The notes beneath the pieces are model-generated. The model was not told the DNA's origin, made no database searches, and saw only the letters and a list, made by a program, of their open reading frames with translations. DNA of 64,000 nucleotides, from NCBI GenBank assembly GCA_964555245.1, contig CAZKRI010000032.1, positions 93,239-157,238 of the forward strand, given 5' to 3'. This DNA is from an uncultured Myxococcales bacterium. GTDB lineage: Bacteria > Desulfobacterota > Binatia > UBA1149 > SPBQ01. Shown piece by piece: positions 43,333-54,351 of this stretch. Position 1 is the first letter of the stretch, and the number at the start of each line of letters is the position of its first letter. Both the position numbers and the translations under genes were made by a program.

Positions 43333-43713
43333 TCACATGTTGAGTTGGAGGCGGGCGGCCTCGGTCATCATGTCGGGGGTCCATGGTGGGTCCCAGACCA
43401 GGTCGATGGCGCAGTCGCTCACCGCATGGATGCAGCGGACGGCGCGCTCGACCATGCCGGGCATCGAGCCGGCCACGGGGCACATCGGCGTGGTGAGCGT
43501 CATCTTGATGGCGACCTTGCTGCCCTCGTCGATCCTGAGGTCGTAGACCAGCCCGAGATCGTAGATGTTGACGGGAATCTCCGGGTCGTAGACGGTGCGC
43601 AAGGCATCGACGACCATCTCCTCGAGCTTCTCGGGGGTGAGCTTGACGTTTTCGGTGGCGGCGGGCGGGCCCGGTGCCGTTGGCTGAGTTGGTTCGGTCG
43701 TTGGTTCTTTCAT
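43333..43713 (-). CDS. sufT: DUF59/MIP18-family Fe-S assembly protein (SufT-like). Start at MKEPTTEP (ATG 43713) with GGAGG RBS.
   Basis: …VYDPEIPVNIYDLGLVYDL…TLTTPMCPVAGSM… is the DUF59 core. GGAGG 7 nt upstream of the ATG. Confidence 0.75.
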   Translation of the reverse strand: MKEPTTEPTQPTAPGPPAATENVKLTPEKLEEMVVDALRTVYDPEIPVNIYDLGLVYDLRIDEGSKVAIKMTLTTPMCPVAGSMPGMVERAVRCIHAVSDCAIDLVWDPPWTPDMMTEAARLQLNM

Positions 43714-43745
43714 GTGACTACCTCCGATGACTAGACGCTCCGAGG

Positions 43746-44210
43746 TCACTCCGTCACCGCGACGTTCTCACCGCGGCCGTCGATTGCGTTGCGCAAGGTG
43801 TGCCAGGCCAAGGTGGCGCACTTGACCCGCAGCGGATACTGGCGGACGCCCTCGAAGACCGCGAGCTTGCCGATCTCGACCGGCTCGCCGGGCTCCGCGC
43901 CGGCATCCTTTTGGCCGGTCACGGTCTCGCGCAAGCGACGGAACAAGGCGCGCGCGTAGCCGACGGTCTTGCCTTTGACGGCCTCGGTCATGAGCGACGC
44001 GGACGCGGTAGAAATCGCGCAACCCGCGCCTTCGAAGCGAATGTCCTTGACGGTCTCGCCCTCGACGTCGAGGTAGAGTCGAATCTTGTCGCCACAGAGC
44101 GGATTGTAACCTTCGGCACGGTGGGTGGCGCGCTCGAGCTTGCCGTAGTTCTTGGGCTGCCGGCTGTGATCGAGAATGGTCTCTTGGTAAAGCTCGCGCA
44201 GCTCGGACAT
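43746..44210 (-). CDS. sufU: SufU/IscU-like Fe-S cluster scaffold / sulfur acceptor.
   Basis: NifU-N-like domain with Cys ligands (NPLCGDKIRL…GAGCAISTASASL…VKCATLAW). Confidence 0.85.
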   Translation of the reverse strand: MSELRELYQETILDHSRQPKNYGKLERATHRAEGYNPLCGDKIRLYLDVEGETVKDIRFEGAGCAISTASASLMTEAVKGKTVGYARALFRRLRETVTGQKDAGAEPGEPVEIGKLAVFEGVRQYPLRVKCATLAWHTLRNAIDGRGENVAVTE

Positions 44211-45481
44211 CAGAGCAGCACCTTACGCACGTGATCGAGGCCGGCCACGAGCCGGTCGACGTCCTCTTTCGTGTTGTAGATCGCGAACGAAGCGCGCGCC
44301 GTGGCCGGCACGCCGAACCGTTGCATCACCGGCTGCGCGCAGTGGTGGCCGGTGCGAACCGCGATTCCTTCGTGGTCCAGGATCGTTCCGATGTCATGCG
44401 GGTGGCAGCCGTCGATCACGAAGGAGTGGACAGCGGCTTTGTCGGCGGCAGTCCCGATCAATCGCAGCCCCCGCACGGTAGCGAGGGCCGGCTCCGCATA
44501 CTCGAGCAACTCGCGCTCGTAGGCGGTGACCGCATTGATGTCCAGGCCGATCAGGTAGTCGACGGCTGCACCCAGCCCGATCGCCCCGGCGATATCCGGC
44601 GTCCCCGCCTCGAACTTGTGCGGAATCTCGTTGTAGGTCGTGCGTTCGAAGGTCACCGACAGGATCATCTCGCCCCCACCCTGCCAGGGCGGCATCGCTT
44701 CGAGCAGGCTTGCCTTGGCGTAGAGCGCGCCGATGCCGGTGGGTCCGTAGGCCTTGTGGGCGGAGAGCGCGTAGAAGTCGCAGTCGAGATCCTGGACGTC
44801 CACCCGCATGTGCGGAACGGCCTGCGCGCCATCGACCAGAACGGGCACGCCGTGGGCGTGGGCCATGCGGACGATCTCCTTGACCGGGTTGACGGTGCCC
44901 AACGCGTTGGAGACATGCACCAGAGCGGCGATCTTCGTGCGCGGCGACAAGAGCTTGGCGAGCTCATCGAGGATTAGCTCGCCGCGGTCGTTGATCGGCG
45001 CTACTCGAAGCCGCGCACCGGTCTGCTCGCAGAGGATCTGCCACGGCACGATGTTGGAGTGATGCTCCATGGCCGTGATCAGCACCTCGTCGCCCGAGCC
45101 CACGTGGCTGCGCCCGTAACTCTGGGCGACCAGATTGATCGCCTCGGTGGTGCCGCGCACGAAGACGATCTCGCGAATGTCCCGCGCGTTCAGGTACATC
45201 TTGACCTTGCCGCGAGCTCGCTCATACGCGAACGTCGCGCGCTCGGCCAGCGAGTGGACGCCGCGGTGAACGTTGGCGTTGTCCTGCTCGTAGTAGCTCA
45301 GGATTGTATCGAGCACCTGGCGCGGCTTCTGTGAAGTGGCTGCGCTGTCCAAGTAGACCAGGGGCTTGCCGTGAACCTCCTGCTGGAGGATCGGAAACTC
45401 GTCTCGCACGTTGCGCGCCACACCGAATCCGGCGAGCGACTCGGTGGCCTTGCGGGCGAGCTGCTGAGCGCGCGGCATCAT
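44210..45481 (-). CDS. sufS: Cysteine desulfurase SufS (PLP-dependent, class V aminotransferase family). Start set to ATG 45481, right after the sufD stop; the long upstream extension in the ORF track is rejected.
   Basis: …LVYLDSAATSQKP…RGVHSLAERATFAYE…HVSNALGTVNPV…SAHKAYGPTGIGALY… motifs. Operon context. Confidence 0.9.
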   Translation of the reverse strand: MMPRAQQLARKATESLAGFGVARNVRDEFPILQQEVHGKPLVYLDSAATSQKPRQVLDTILSYYEQDNANVHRGVHSLAERATFAYERARGKVKMYLNARDIREIVFVRGTTEAINLVAQSYGRSHVGSGDEVLITAMEHHSNIVPWQILCEQTGARLRVAPINDRGELILDELAKLLSPRTKIAALVHVSNALGTVNPVKEIVRMAHAHGVPVLVDGAQAVPHMRVDVQDLDCDFYALSAHKAYGPTGIGALYAKASLLEAMPPWQGGGEMILSVTFERTTYNEIPHKFEAGTPDIAGAIGLGAAVDYLIGLDINAVTAYERELLEYAEPALATVRGLRLIGTAADKAAVHSFVIDGCHPHDIGTILDHEGIAVRTGHHCAQPVMQRFGVPATARASFAIYNTKEDVDRLVAGLDHVRKVLL

Positions 45482-45482
45482 C

Positions 45483-46838
45483 TCAGGGCTTTCTGCCCGC
45501 AATGGGCTCATGTTGGCTCGGCGCGAGCCCGGAAAGATCGCGTTCGAGCGCGCTGCGCAGTTCGGCCGGTTGGAGCGTGGCGAGCACCTCTGCCGCAAAA
45601 CCGTAGGTGAGCAGGGCGCGAGCGCTCGCTTGGTCCAGACCACGCTGGCGCAGGTAGAACATGGCGTCTTCGTCCAGATGTCCGACGGTCGCGCCGTGGG
45701 TGCAACGCACATCATCGGCGTGGATCTCGAGCTGCGGCCGCGTCTCCACCAGGGCGCCTTCGCCTAGCAGCAGATTCTTGTTCGTCTGCTCGGCGCTCAC
45801 CTGCTGGGCGTCACGGCGCACCTTGACGCTGCCCGTGAACACACCGCGGGCCTGGCCATCGAGAATGCCTTTGTACAGCTCGCGACTGGTCGTTCGAGCC
45901 ACCGCGTGGTCGATCACGGTGTGATGATCGACGTGCTGGCGTCCGCCGATCATGTAGAGCCCATACAGCGAACAGCTTGCCCCGTGTCCAGATAGCACGG
46001 TCGCGATCTCCGTCCGCGACAGCGCGGCGCCGAACGCGACCGCATGGGACGCGAACGTGCTGCCGGCCTCCTGAAACACCTGAATGCGATGGACGTGGAA
46101 CGCGCGCGCATCCTCTTTCTGAATCTTGCAGTGCGAAAGCGTCGCGTCGACGCCGAGCGCGATCTCGGTGACGGCGTTGGTCAGGTAAGGATGCTGGGCG
46201 TCACCCAGATAGTGTTCGACGACGGCGGCACGCGCTCCTGGCTCCACCAAGATGAGATTCCGGAGATGCGCAAGCGTCGGCTCGGACGTCGCCTCGGCGT
46301 AGAAGACGAGGTGGATGGGGTTGATGCAGCTCGTTGCGCGAGGCACCCGGACGATCGCGCCATCTTCAAAGAACGCCGTGTTGAGCGCGGCGAACCCATG
46401 CACACCGTAGTCGAGCTGGCGTGCGAGCGTCCCCGACAGACCCCCATCCTCCGCTTCGATGCGGGGGCGAATGCTGCCCGCTAGATCTGAGAGCGCTGGC
46501 TCGCCGGATCGCGATAGCTCGGCCATGAAGTGGCCGTTGACGAAGACCAAAACGGTCGCGGCCTTGTCCGCCGGGATCGAGGCGACGGCGCGAGCCACAG
46601 CCGCCCGGTCGAAGCTCAGTCCGGAGCGCGCGACCCGCCGGAACGGGATCTGAAGAAGCGAGCCGACGCTGGTGTACTTCCAGTCCTCGTTCTTGGATCC
46701 AGGGAAACCGATCTCGGCGAACCGCCCGATCGCCGAACGACGCAGATCGCCAATCCAGCCTGCGCCACCGGCCAGCTCACCGCGGGATCTTTCGAACTCC
46801 GCCAGAAAGCTCTCTCGTGCCTGTACGGTCGTGGCCAT
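45483..46838 (-). CDS. sufD: Fe-S cluster assembly protein SufD.
   Basis: SufB/SufD-family beta-helix C-terminal region. Position between sufC and sufS. Confidence 0.85.
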   Translation of the reverse strand: MATTVQARESFLAEFERSRGELAGGAGWIGDLRRSAIGRFAEIGFPGSKNEDWKYTSVGSLLQIPFRRVARSGLSFDRAAVARAVASIPADKAATVLVFVNGHFMAELSRSGEPALSDLAGSIRPRIEAEDGGLSGTLARQLDYGVHGFAALNTAFFEDGAIVRVPRATSCINPIHLVFYAEATSEPTLAHLRNLILVEPGARAAVVEHYLGDAQHPYLTNAVTEIALGVDATLSHCKIQKEDARAFHVHRIQVFQEAGSTFASHAVAFGAALSRTEIATVLSGHGASCSLYGLYMIGGRQHVDHHTVIDHAVARTTSRELYKGILDGQARGVFTGSVKVRRDAQQVSAEQTNKNLLLGEGALVETRPQLEIHADDVRCTHGATVGHLDEDAMFYLRQRGLDQASARALLTYGFAAEVLATLQPAELRSALERDLSGLAPSQHEPIAGRKP

Positions 46839-46847
46839 CTTGGGGGT

Positions 46848-47607
46848 TCAGGCCGGAGTCGCCTGCGTCTCGATCCAGCCGTAACCCCGCTGCTCGACCT
46901 CGCGCGCCAGCTCGGGACCGCCCGAGCGGACGATGCGCCCAGCGGCGAGCACGTGGGTGTGATCGGGAACCACATGGTCGAGCAAGCGCTGGTAGTGGGT
47001 GATCACGATCATCGCGCGCTGGGGAGAGCGTAGCGCGTTGATGCCGCGGGCGACGGTTTGCAGCGCGTCGATGTCGAGGCCCGAATCGGTCTCGTCCAGA
47101 ATCGCCAGCCGCGGCTCCAGCATGGTCATCTGGAAAATCTCGTTGCGCTTCTTCTCTCCGCCCGAGAAGCCGTCGTTGAGCGGCCGGTTGAGCAGATCTT
47201 CCTTCATGTCGACCAGGCTCAACTTCTCGCGAGCCAACTTGAGGAAGTCCATCGCGTCCAATTCGGGACGGCCGCCGTGACGGCGGACGGCGTTGAGAGC
47301 TTCCTTGAGGAAGTAGGCCGTGCTCACGCCGGGAATCTCAACGGGGTACTGGAACGAGAGGAACACGCCCTCGCGCGCGCGCTCTTCGGGTGGCATCGCC
47401 AACAGATCACGCCCCTCGAACAGAACCTGGCCGGCCGTCACCGTAAACGCTTCGCGCCCGGTCAACACTCCGGCCAAGGTGCTCTTGCCCGAGGCGTTAG
47501 GCCCCATGACCGCGTGGACCTCGCCGGCGCGCACCGTCAGATCGATCCCTCGCAGGATCGGCTTGCCCTCGACTTGGGCGTGAAGGTTGCGAATCTCGAG
47601 CATCACC

Positions 47608-47615
<8 letters not shown>
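46848..47615 (-). CDS. sufC: Fe-S cluster assembly ATPase SufC.
   Basis: [44 protein letters not shown] signature LSGGEKKR, Walker [11 protein letters not shown]. Confidence 0.9.
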
Positions 47616-49068
<1,453 letters not shown>

Positions 49069-49081
49069 GCTCGCTACCTCC

Positions 49082-49570
49082 CTACCCCTCACGCACGACC
49101 GGCGCGCCGGTTTGCGTCCCGCGGGCCATCTCGGTGATCCACGCCAGCGGTGGCTGCGCACCGGCCGCCAGATCGGCCACCGTGATGCTCGAAAGCGCGG
49201 CGTGCAGCAGAGCGTTGAGGCTGGTCCAGACCGCTCGGATCGAACAGTTGGGTGTGTGAACGCAATCTCTGAGCGCGCCCGGATGCGCCTCGCAGAAGGA
49301 GTCGGGGAACAACGGGCCGCCCAGGATGGTCAGGGCATCCCAGAGCGTGACGTCTCCAGCGGGCCGGCTCAGCTGATAGCCACCCGCCGCTCCACGCGTG
49401 CTGCTCACCAGGCCGCCTTGCCGCAGGATCCGCATCAGCTTGGCGACGTACTCGGGACCCAGGCCCTCGGCGGTCGCGATCTCCTGGATCCGCATCGGCT
49501 GAGCCACCTCGTGACGCGCGAGCTGGAGCAGGCAGCGAAGACCGTACTCTTCCTGGGATGAGAAATGCAC
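49082..49570 (-). CDS. Rrf2-family transcriptional regulator (IscR/SufR-like) with three C-terminal Cys (candidate Fe-S ligands). Probable leaderless GTG start at 49570.
   Basis: [13 protein letters not shown]…[10 protein letters not shown] Rrf2 wHTH signature. Cys cluster [19 protein letters not shown] sigma70-like promoter sits 7 nt upstream of the GTG. Confidence 0.75.
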   Translation of the reverse strand: MHFSSQEEYGLRCLLQLARHEVAQPMRIQEIATAEGLGPEYVAKLMRILRQGGLVSSTRGAAGGYQLSRPAGDVTLWDALTILGGPLFPDSFCEAHPGALRDCVHTPNCSIRAVWTSLNALLHAALSSITVADLAAGAQPPLAWITEMARGTQTGAPVVREG

Positions 49571-49577
49571 TGGGCGA

Positions 49578-49606
49578 GGTATAGGGAATCTATACCGACT
49601 AGTCAA
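49578..49606 (-). promoter_or_regulatory. Sigma70-like promoter (minus strand TTGACT-17nt-TATACC) overlapping two palindromes (GGTATAG-N5-CTATACC and GACTAGTC). Candidate autoregulatory operator of the Rrf2 regulator and suf operon.
   Basis: Read directly. The -10 hexamer ends 7 nt before GTG 49570. The palindromes overlap the -35/-10 elements, as is typical of IscR-type sites. Confidence 0.4.
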
Positions 49607-49742
49607 TATTGGGGTCAGGTCACACTTAATAAGGGCCGCCACCCATCTGGGGCCCACGGCATTCCGACCGCTGGCCTTACGGCGATACTAAATTCGAACT
49701 TTTCCGTTTGACTCTAGTAGTACGGGCATCCAGGCTGCCCCC

Positions 49743-50468
49743 GTGCCCGATTTCCAGTACCCGCAATTCTGCGCGGTGGCTCGAGCGGCCGAGGTCGTCG
49801 GTGAGCGCTGGACCCTGCTGCTACTGCGGGAGCTGTTCTTCGGCCCGCAACGCTTCAGCGACCTGCGCCGCCAGTTGAGTCAGGTGAGCCCGAGCGTACT
49901 CAGCGAGCGTCTGGGGTTGCTCGAAGCGCAGGGGATCATCCGTAAGCGGGAGCTCGAGCCTCCGGCGGCCGCGACCGTCTACGAGCTTACCGAGGACGGC
50001 CACGCTTTCGGTCCCGCGCTCATCGCGCTGGCGCGTTGGGGGATGCGCTTCCTGCTACCGGCTCGGCCCGGCGATCAGATCGACGTCGGGCGCCTCGCGT
50101 TCATGCTTCAGCAATTCGCGCGCGCTTCCGCCTCCCCCGCCCTTTCCTGTGCTCTGCATGTGACCGACCCGGGCAAGTCGCGCCGGATACTCCTGGCCGG
50201 CGGCGCGACAGGAACTCAGGTCACCGAGATGAGCGCTACCACCGCCGCACCCGCGGTCGACGTCACGGTGGAAGCGAGCGCCTTGGACTTGGTCGGAGTC
50301 CTGATGCAAACGATCGATCTAGCGGTCGCCGAGCGCGAGGGGCGCGTTCGGATCAGTGGCGACCGAGCAAAACTAGCCGAGCTGCCCCAACTCTTCGAGA
50401 TCGAACCATCCCATTCCCGAACGATCTCGTTGTCCCCCCAACCCAACCAACAAGGAGAAACGTCATGA
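49743..50468 (+). CDS. HxlR-family winged-helix transcriptional regulator with a C-terminal extra domain.
   Basis: CAVARAAEVVGERWTLLLLRELFFGPQRFSDLRRQL HxlR signature. Divergent from rrf2. Confidence 0.7.
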   Translation: MPDFQYPQFCAVARAAEVVGERWTLLLLRELFFGPQRFSDLRRQLSQVSPSVLSERLGLLEAQGIIRKRELEPPAAATVYELTEDGHAFGPALIALARWGMRFLLPARPGDQIDVGRLAFMLQQFARASASPALSCALHVTDPGKSRRILLAGGATGTQVTEMSATTAAPAVDVTVEASALDLVGVLMQTIDLAVAEREGRVRISGDRAKLAELPQLFEIEPSHSRTISLSPQPNQQGETS

Positions 50469-51115
50469 GCACGTTACACGGAGTCAATGCCTCACCGTTC
50501 GTTCGCAAGGCGCGCATCGCGCTGAAGGAGAAGGGCATCGCCTACACCCTCAATCCCGTCTTTCCGATCAACGTGAGCGAAGAGTACCGCAAGATGAGCC
50601 CGCTCGGGAAGGTCCCCTGCTACACGACGCCGAAAGGTGACAACATCCCGGACTCCTCCGTGATCATCGCCTACCTCGAGCGCGTCCAGCCCAAGCCGCC
50701 TCTGTATCCGGCCGACGCGGTCGAGTTCGCCCGTGCCCTTTACTTCGAAGAGTACGGTGATTCGGGGCTCATGGGACAGATCGGTCCGGTGTTCTTCAAC
50801 CGCATCGTCGGCCCCAAGTTCATGAACAAGCCGGCCGATGAGGCCGCGATCAAGCTGTCGCTGGAGACCGGGCTGCCGCCGTTGCTCGCCTACCTCAACG
50901 AGCAGACCAAGGACAAGCGGTTCCTCGTGGGCGACGCCTTCAGTGTGGCCGACATCGGAATCACCTCGCCGTTCATCAATCTCATGCACGCTGGCGAGGA
51001 CGTCGACGCCAAGAAGTACCCGCACCTGGCTCGATACCTGGCCAACATGTTCGAGCGGCCCTCGATCAAGGAGCTGATCGACGAAGAGAAGGCCCTGTTC
51101 CCACGCGCGGCTTGA
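50465..51115 (+). CDS. Glutathione S-transferase. Start at MSTLHGV (ATG 50465, AAGGAG RBS, ATGA overlap with hxlR-like gene).
   Basis: GST N-domain (ASPFVRKARIALKEKGIAY…VPCYTT) and C-domain (FSVADIGITSPF). Confidence 0.8.
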   Translation: MSTLHGVNASPFVRKARIALKEKGIAYTLNPVFPINVSEEYRKMSPLGKVPCYTTPKGDNIPDSSVIIAYLERVQPKPPLYPADAVEFARALYFEEYGDSGLMGQIGPVFFNRIVGPKFMNKPADEAAIKLSLETGLPPLLAYLNEQTKDKRFLVGDAFSVADIGITSPFINLMHAGEDVDAKKYPHLARYLANMFERPSIKELIDEEKALFPRAA

Positions 51116-51164
51116 AGCTTGGGATTCAGCCGGGGCGGCGCAGACCGCCGCCCCGGCCCCTGCT

Positions 51165-52973
51165 CTACGGAGTCACGCTCCAGACCGGCCCGAGCCCGCT
51201 GTCGAACTGGGCGCCGCTGAACAGCAGATGGGCGCCGGGCAAGAAGTCCGCCCCCAGCATGAACGCATCCAACTGGTAGAGCGTGCCGGACATCGAACCG
51301 GCCCCGATCAACCCGGCCATTCCAAGCTCGGTGACGTCAGTAACGGCCGTTCCCCCCGGCAGCTCGACGGTGGTGCGGCTGAAGCCACCGCTCTTGTTTC
51401 GTGAGAGCGCACCGCCCCCGCTCGGCGTGAAGTGATCGGAGCGGTAGGTCGTGCCTCCCACCACGGCGTACGCGTAGAGAACGTCGCCGGGAACATCGAC
51501 ATCCAGCTCGTACTCGACGAACAGATAGTCACGCGGATCGCCGAGCGCCAGGGTATTGGTACGTGTCGGCACCTCGATCTTGGTCTCGCGGATCATCTCC
51601 TTCGCCATCGCGACGTAGGAAACCGGATCCAGGTCCATGCCCCGCTCGCGCGGCAGACCGCTGTCGTCGAATTCGAACGGCGCCAGGGCGAAGCGCAGTC
51701 GCGAGTCGCCGTCGTCTTCGACCAGGCCGTTGGCCGTGCTCGTGCGGACGATGGGATGCGTGCCCAGGAAGCCTCCGGCGAACACCGGCAAGATCCCGCT
51801 CTCGTCGGGCCGGAATCGTACCTCCTCGAGCACCCCGAGGTCGCTCACGTCGACCTCGACGTAGCCTTCGATGTCGGTGGTCCGCCCGTACTGGGCCATG
51901 AGCACGTTCGGGAACAGCCCGGTTCCGCCGTCCTCATTGCTCCAGATCATCACGTAGCGGTACGTGGTCATGCCGCTTTGCGGGATCGCGCGAACGTAGG
52001 TCACCACGGGCACATCGCTGACCGCATTGCCGGGATGGGAACTGAAGACGTTGAGATCATCGTCCAACCCCAGCAGCACCGGTGCGAAGCGGAGCGCGTC
52101 GTAGCCGGGGTCGCTCGGCGCAAGCACGGAGGCCTGAGCCGATGCATGGATCACACCGGCGGAGGTCGAGGCGGGGCTCAGGGTTTTGCTGTGACGCAGC
52201 CCGATCGTGTGATCGCCTGCGCTGAGATCGCCCAGGAGAATGCGGTAGTCGGTTGCGGCCTCACCGTTGTGGACGACGATCGTGCCGAGGGCCTGGCCAT
52301 CGACGTCATACTCCAAGACGATCGATTCGGCTCCGTACAGACCCCAGTCGGACGCTTCCGACGACAACGTCAACGTGGCGGCGCCTTCGCCAGCAACTGC
52401 CGCCGTGAACTCCAACGTCTGAATGCGGCCCGGACGCACCGCGGTCGGCATGATTCCTTCGACCCAGTCGGAGACCTGCGCGCACAGCGTCGCGCCATCG
52501 CAGGCGCCCGGCTTGTCGGCCGAGGTCGCGCAGGACTGCGCGTCGTTAGCGAGCTTGTCCATGGTTCCGGTGCGCCGGCGTTTGAGGCGTTTTGCGGCGA
52601 GCTTGCCTGCCGCCTTCGCACGCGCGAGCTGACAGTCATCCGCCGCCGACATCGCGCAGGAGCCGGCGTCATCCCACGCGGCAGCCAGTGCGGTCTCCGC
52701 CATCGCTCGGATCTGGCAAGCGAGCAGATCCCCGCAGGCCGGTGATAGCCCCGACTCGGCCGGGTCGGGCAGCGGACAAGCTGTGGGACAGCCGGGATCC
52801 CCGTCCTTCGCGCAATCGAGCACCGCTTTCGATGCTCTCTTCGCGTAGACCTCTAGCGTCTTGGGATCGGTCGAATCCTCGACCGAGCAGTCGCCGGCGC
52901 ACTGGGCTGTCGCGCGTACAGGGATTGCAAGAAAGGAACCGATGAGGAGGCACATCAACGCGAAGCGAAGCAT
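51165..52973 (-). CDS. Large secreted hypothetical protein (about 600 aa). N-terminal Cys-containing helical region, then a beta-rich region. No recognisable family.
   Basis: Start at MLRFALMCLLIGSFLAIPVRATAQ (signal peptide). Coherent long frame. Confidence 0.5.
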   Translation of the reverse strand: MLRFALMCLLIGSFLAIPVRATAQCAGDCSVEDSTDPKTLEVYAKRASKAVLDCAKDGDPGCPTACPLPDPAESGLSPACGDLLACQIRAMAETALAAAWDDAGSCAMSAADDCQLARAKAAGKLAAKRLKRRRTGTMDKLANDAQSCATSADKPGACDGATLCAQVSDWVEGIMPTAVRPGRIQTLEFTAAVAGEGAATLTLSSEASDWGLYGAESIVLEYDVDGQALGTIVVHNGEAATDYRILLGDLSAGDHTIGLRHSKTLSPASTSAGVIHASAQASVLAPSDPGYDALRFAPVLLGLDDDLNVFSSHPGNAVSDVPVVTYVRAIPQSGMTTYRYVMIWSNEDGGTGLFPNVLMAQYGRTTDIEGYVEVDVSDLGVLEEVRFRPDESGILPVFAGGFLGTHPIVRTSTANGLVEDDGDSRLRFALAPFEFDDSGLPRERGMDLDPVSYVAMAKEMIRETKIEVPTRTNTLALGDPRDYLFVEYELDVDVPGDVLYAYAVVGGTTYRSDHFTPSGGGALSRNKSGGFSRTTVELPGGTAVTDVTELGMAGLIGAGSMSGTLYQLDAFMLGADFLPGAHLLFSGAQFDSGLGPVWSVTP

Positions 52974-53074
52974 GGCGGGACTATACACGCCGGGCGACGC
53001 TCCTGTCCACGCGGGATTGCCCCGTTTGCGCCCAGACCGCTCTCGCGTTTTAAGACCGGAGGCCACGAACGAAT

Positions 53075-53587
53075 ATGGCAACGCTCACCCACATCTTGGG
53101 GCTCGTTATTCTGATCGCTGTGGCGCTCCTCGCCCTGGCCTGCCTCGTCATCGGTTTGCCCGGCACGTTCTTCCTGTTCGGCATCGCACTGGCCTACGGA
53201 TGGATCACCGGTTTCGAGATGGTCACCTGGGTAAAGCTGGCCTGGCTGCTCGCTCTGGCTGTGGTCGCCGAGATCCTCGAGCTCGCCTCGGCCGCGGTAG
53301 CGACCGGCACCGAGCGCCCCACCCGGCGGGTGACAGTCGCCGCCTTGAGCGGCGGTTTCGTCGGTGGCCTGGTGGGGACGCCGTTTCTGCTGGGCGTGGG
53401 TTCGTTGCTCGGCGCACTGACGGGTGCGTTCGCCGGTGCGACACTGGCGGCAAGCAGTGAAGGCAAGCAGACGCAGTCGGCGCTGCGCGCGGGACTGGCC
53501 GCGATGCGCGGCCGCCTGCTCGGCTTCGTCGTCAAGGCGTCGATCGGCGTGGTGATGCTGATCGTTCTGATCGCCGCGGCGCTGTAG
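53075..53587 (+). CDS. DUF456-like small integral membrane protein.
   Basis: GGAGG RBS. Four hydrophobic helices. Gly-rich GGFVGGLVG…LGALTGAFAG segments typical of DUF456. Confidence 0.6.
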   Translation: MATLTHILGLVILIAVALLALACLVIGLPGTFFLFGIALAYGWITGFEMVTWVKLAWLLALAVVAEILELASAAVATGTERPTRRVTVAALSGGFVGGLVGTPFLLGVGSLLGALTGAFAGATLAASSEGKQTQSALRAGLAAMRGRLLGFVVKASIGVVMLIVLIAAAL

Positions 53588-53681
53588 CCTTCGGAGCTAC
53601 CGGGACGGAAGTAGCCGGCTACGTGTTGACGGAAGCGCGTAGTACGACCACACTTGCTATGTATTACAGGAGAAACAGACG

Positions 53682-53927
53682 ATGCGAAGCGTGAGACTCG
53701 ACGAATCGCTCGAATCTCGCCTGGAGGAGGCGGCCCACCTCAGCGGCGAGCCCGTCTCCAACATCATCCGGCAGGCGATTGAGGAGCGTTGCGCCGCCAT
53801 GCTGGGACAACGGCTTGCGCACCGCCTGCGGGACGTCGCAGGAATCGTCCGCAGTAAGGGCGGACGCGCGCGACGCACGGGCAAGAAGTTCTCGGCCCAG
53901 CTAAAGAAGAAACAGGGTCGCCGTTGA
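53682..53927 (+). CDS. vapB: Ribbon-helix-helix (CopG/VapB-like) antitoxin.
   Basis: MRSVRLDESLESRLEEAAHLSGEPVSNIIRQAIEE RHH pattern. Overlaps the downstream PIN gene. Confidence 0.6.
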   Translation: MRSVRLDESLESRLEEAAHLSGEPVSNIIRQAIEERCAAMLGQRLAHRLRDVAGIVRSKGGRARRTGKKFSAQLKKKQGRR

Positions 53928-54331
53928 TTTTGGTGGACGCGGGTCCTCTCGTCGCGGTCATCGACCGCGGAGAGGCCGATCACGAACGGTGTCTCATGGC
54001 TCTCTCGAGCCTTTCCGCGCCCATGATCACGACCTGGCCCGCGTTCACCGAAGCGATGTACCTGCTCGGAAGCGCGGGGGGATGGAAGGCTCAGGACGGG
54101 CTCTGGAAGCTGCTGGAACGCGGAGACCTGCAGCTCGTCCCGCTCGACGACCCACTGCAGAGTCGAATCCGCGTCCTGATGGCCAAGTACAAGGATCTTC
54201 CTATGGATCTGGCCGATGCGTCTCTGGTTGCTGCCGCCGAAGCGCTCGGGATCACACGGGTGTTCACCCTGGATCGCGATTTCCGGGTCTATCGCTGGAA
54301 AGGTAAGCGCAGGTTCGAGATCGTCCCCTGA
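53924..54331 (+). CDS. vapC: PIN-domain toxin (VapC-like). TTG start at 53924 or GTG at 53933.
   Basis: Acidic PIN residues (ILVDAGPLVAVID…DLADASLVAAAE…TLDRDF). Confidence 0.7.
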   Translation: MILVDAGPLVAVIDRGEADHERCLMALSSLSAPMITTWPAFTEAMYLLGSAGGWKAQDGLWKLLERGDLQLVPLDDPLQSRIRVLMAKYKDLPMDLADASLVAAAEALGITRVFTLDRDFRVYRWKGKRRFEIVP

Positions 54332-54351
54332 GCGTACCTGTCAGTCCACCC

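Noticed and set aside
44231-44977. 248-aa plus-strand ORF
   Set aside because: Antisense to sufS.
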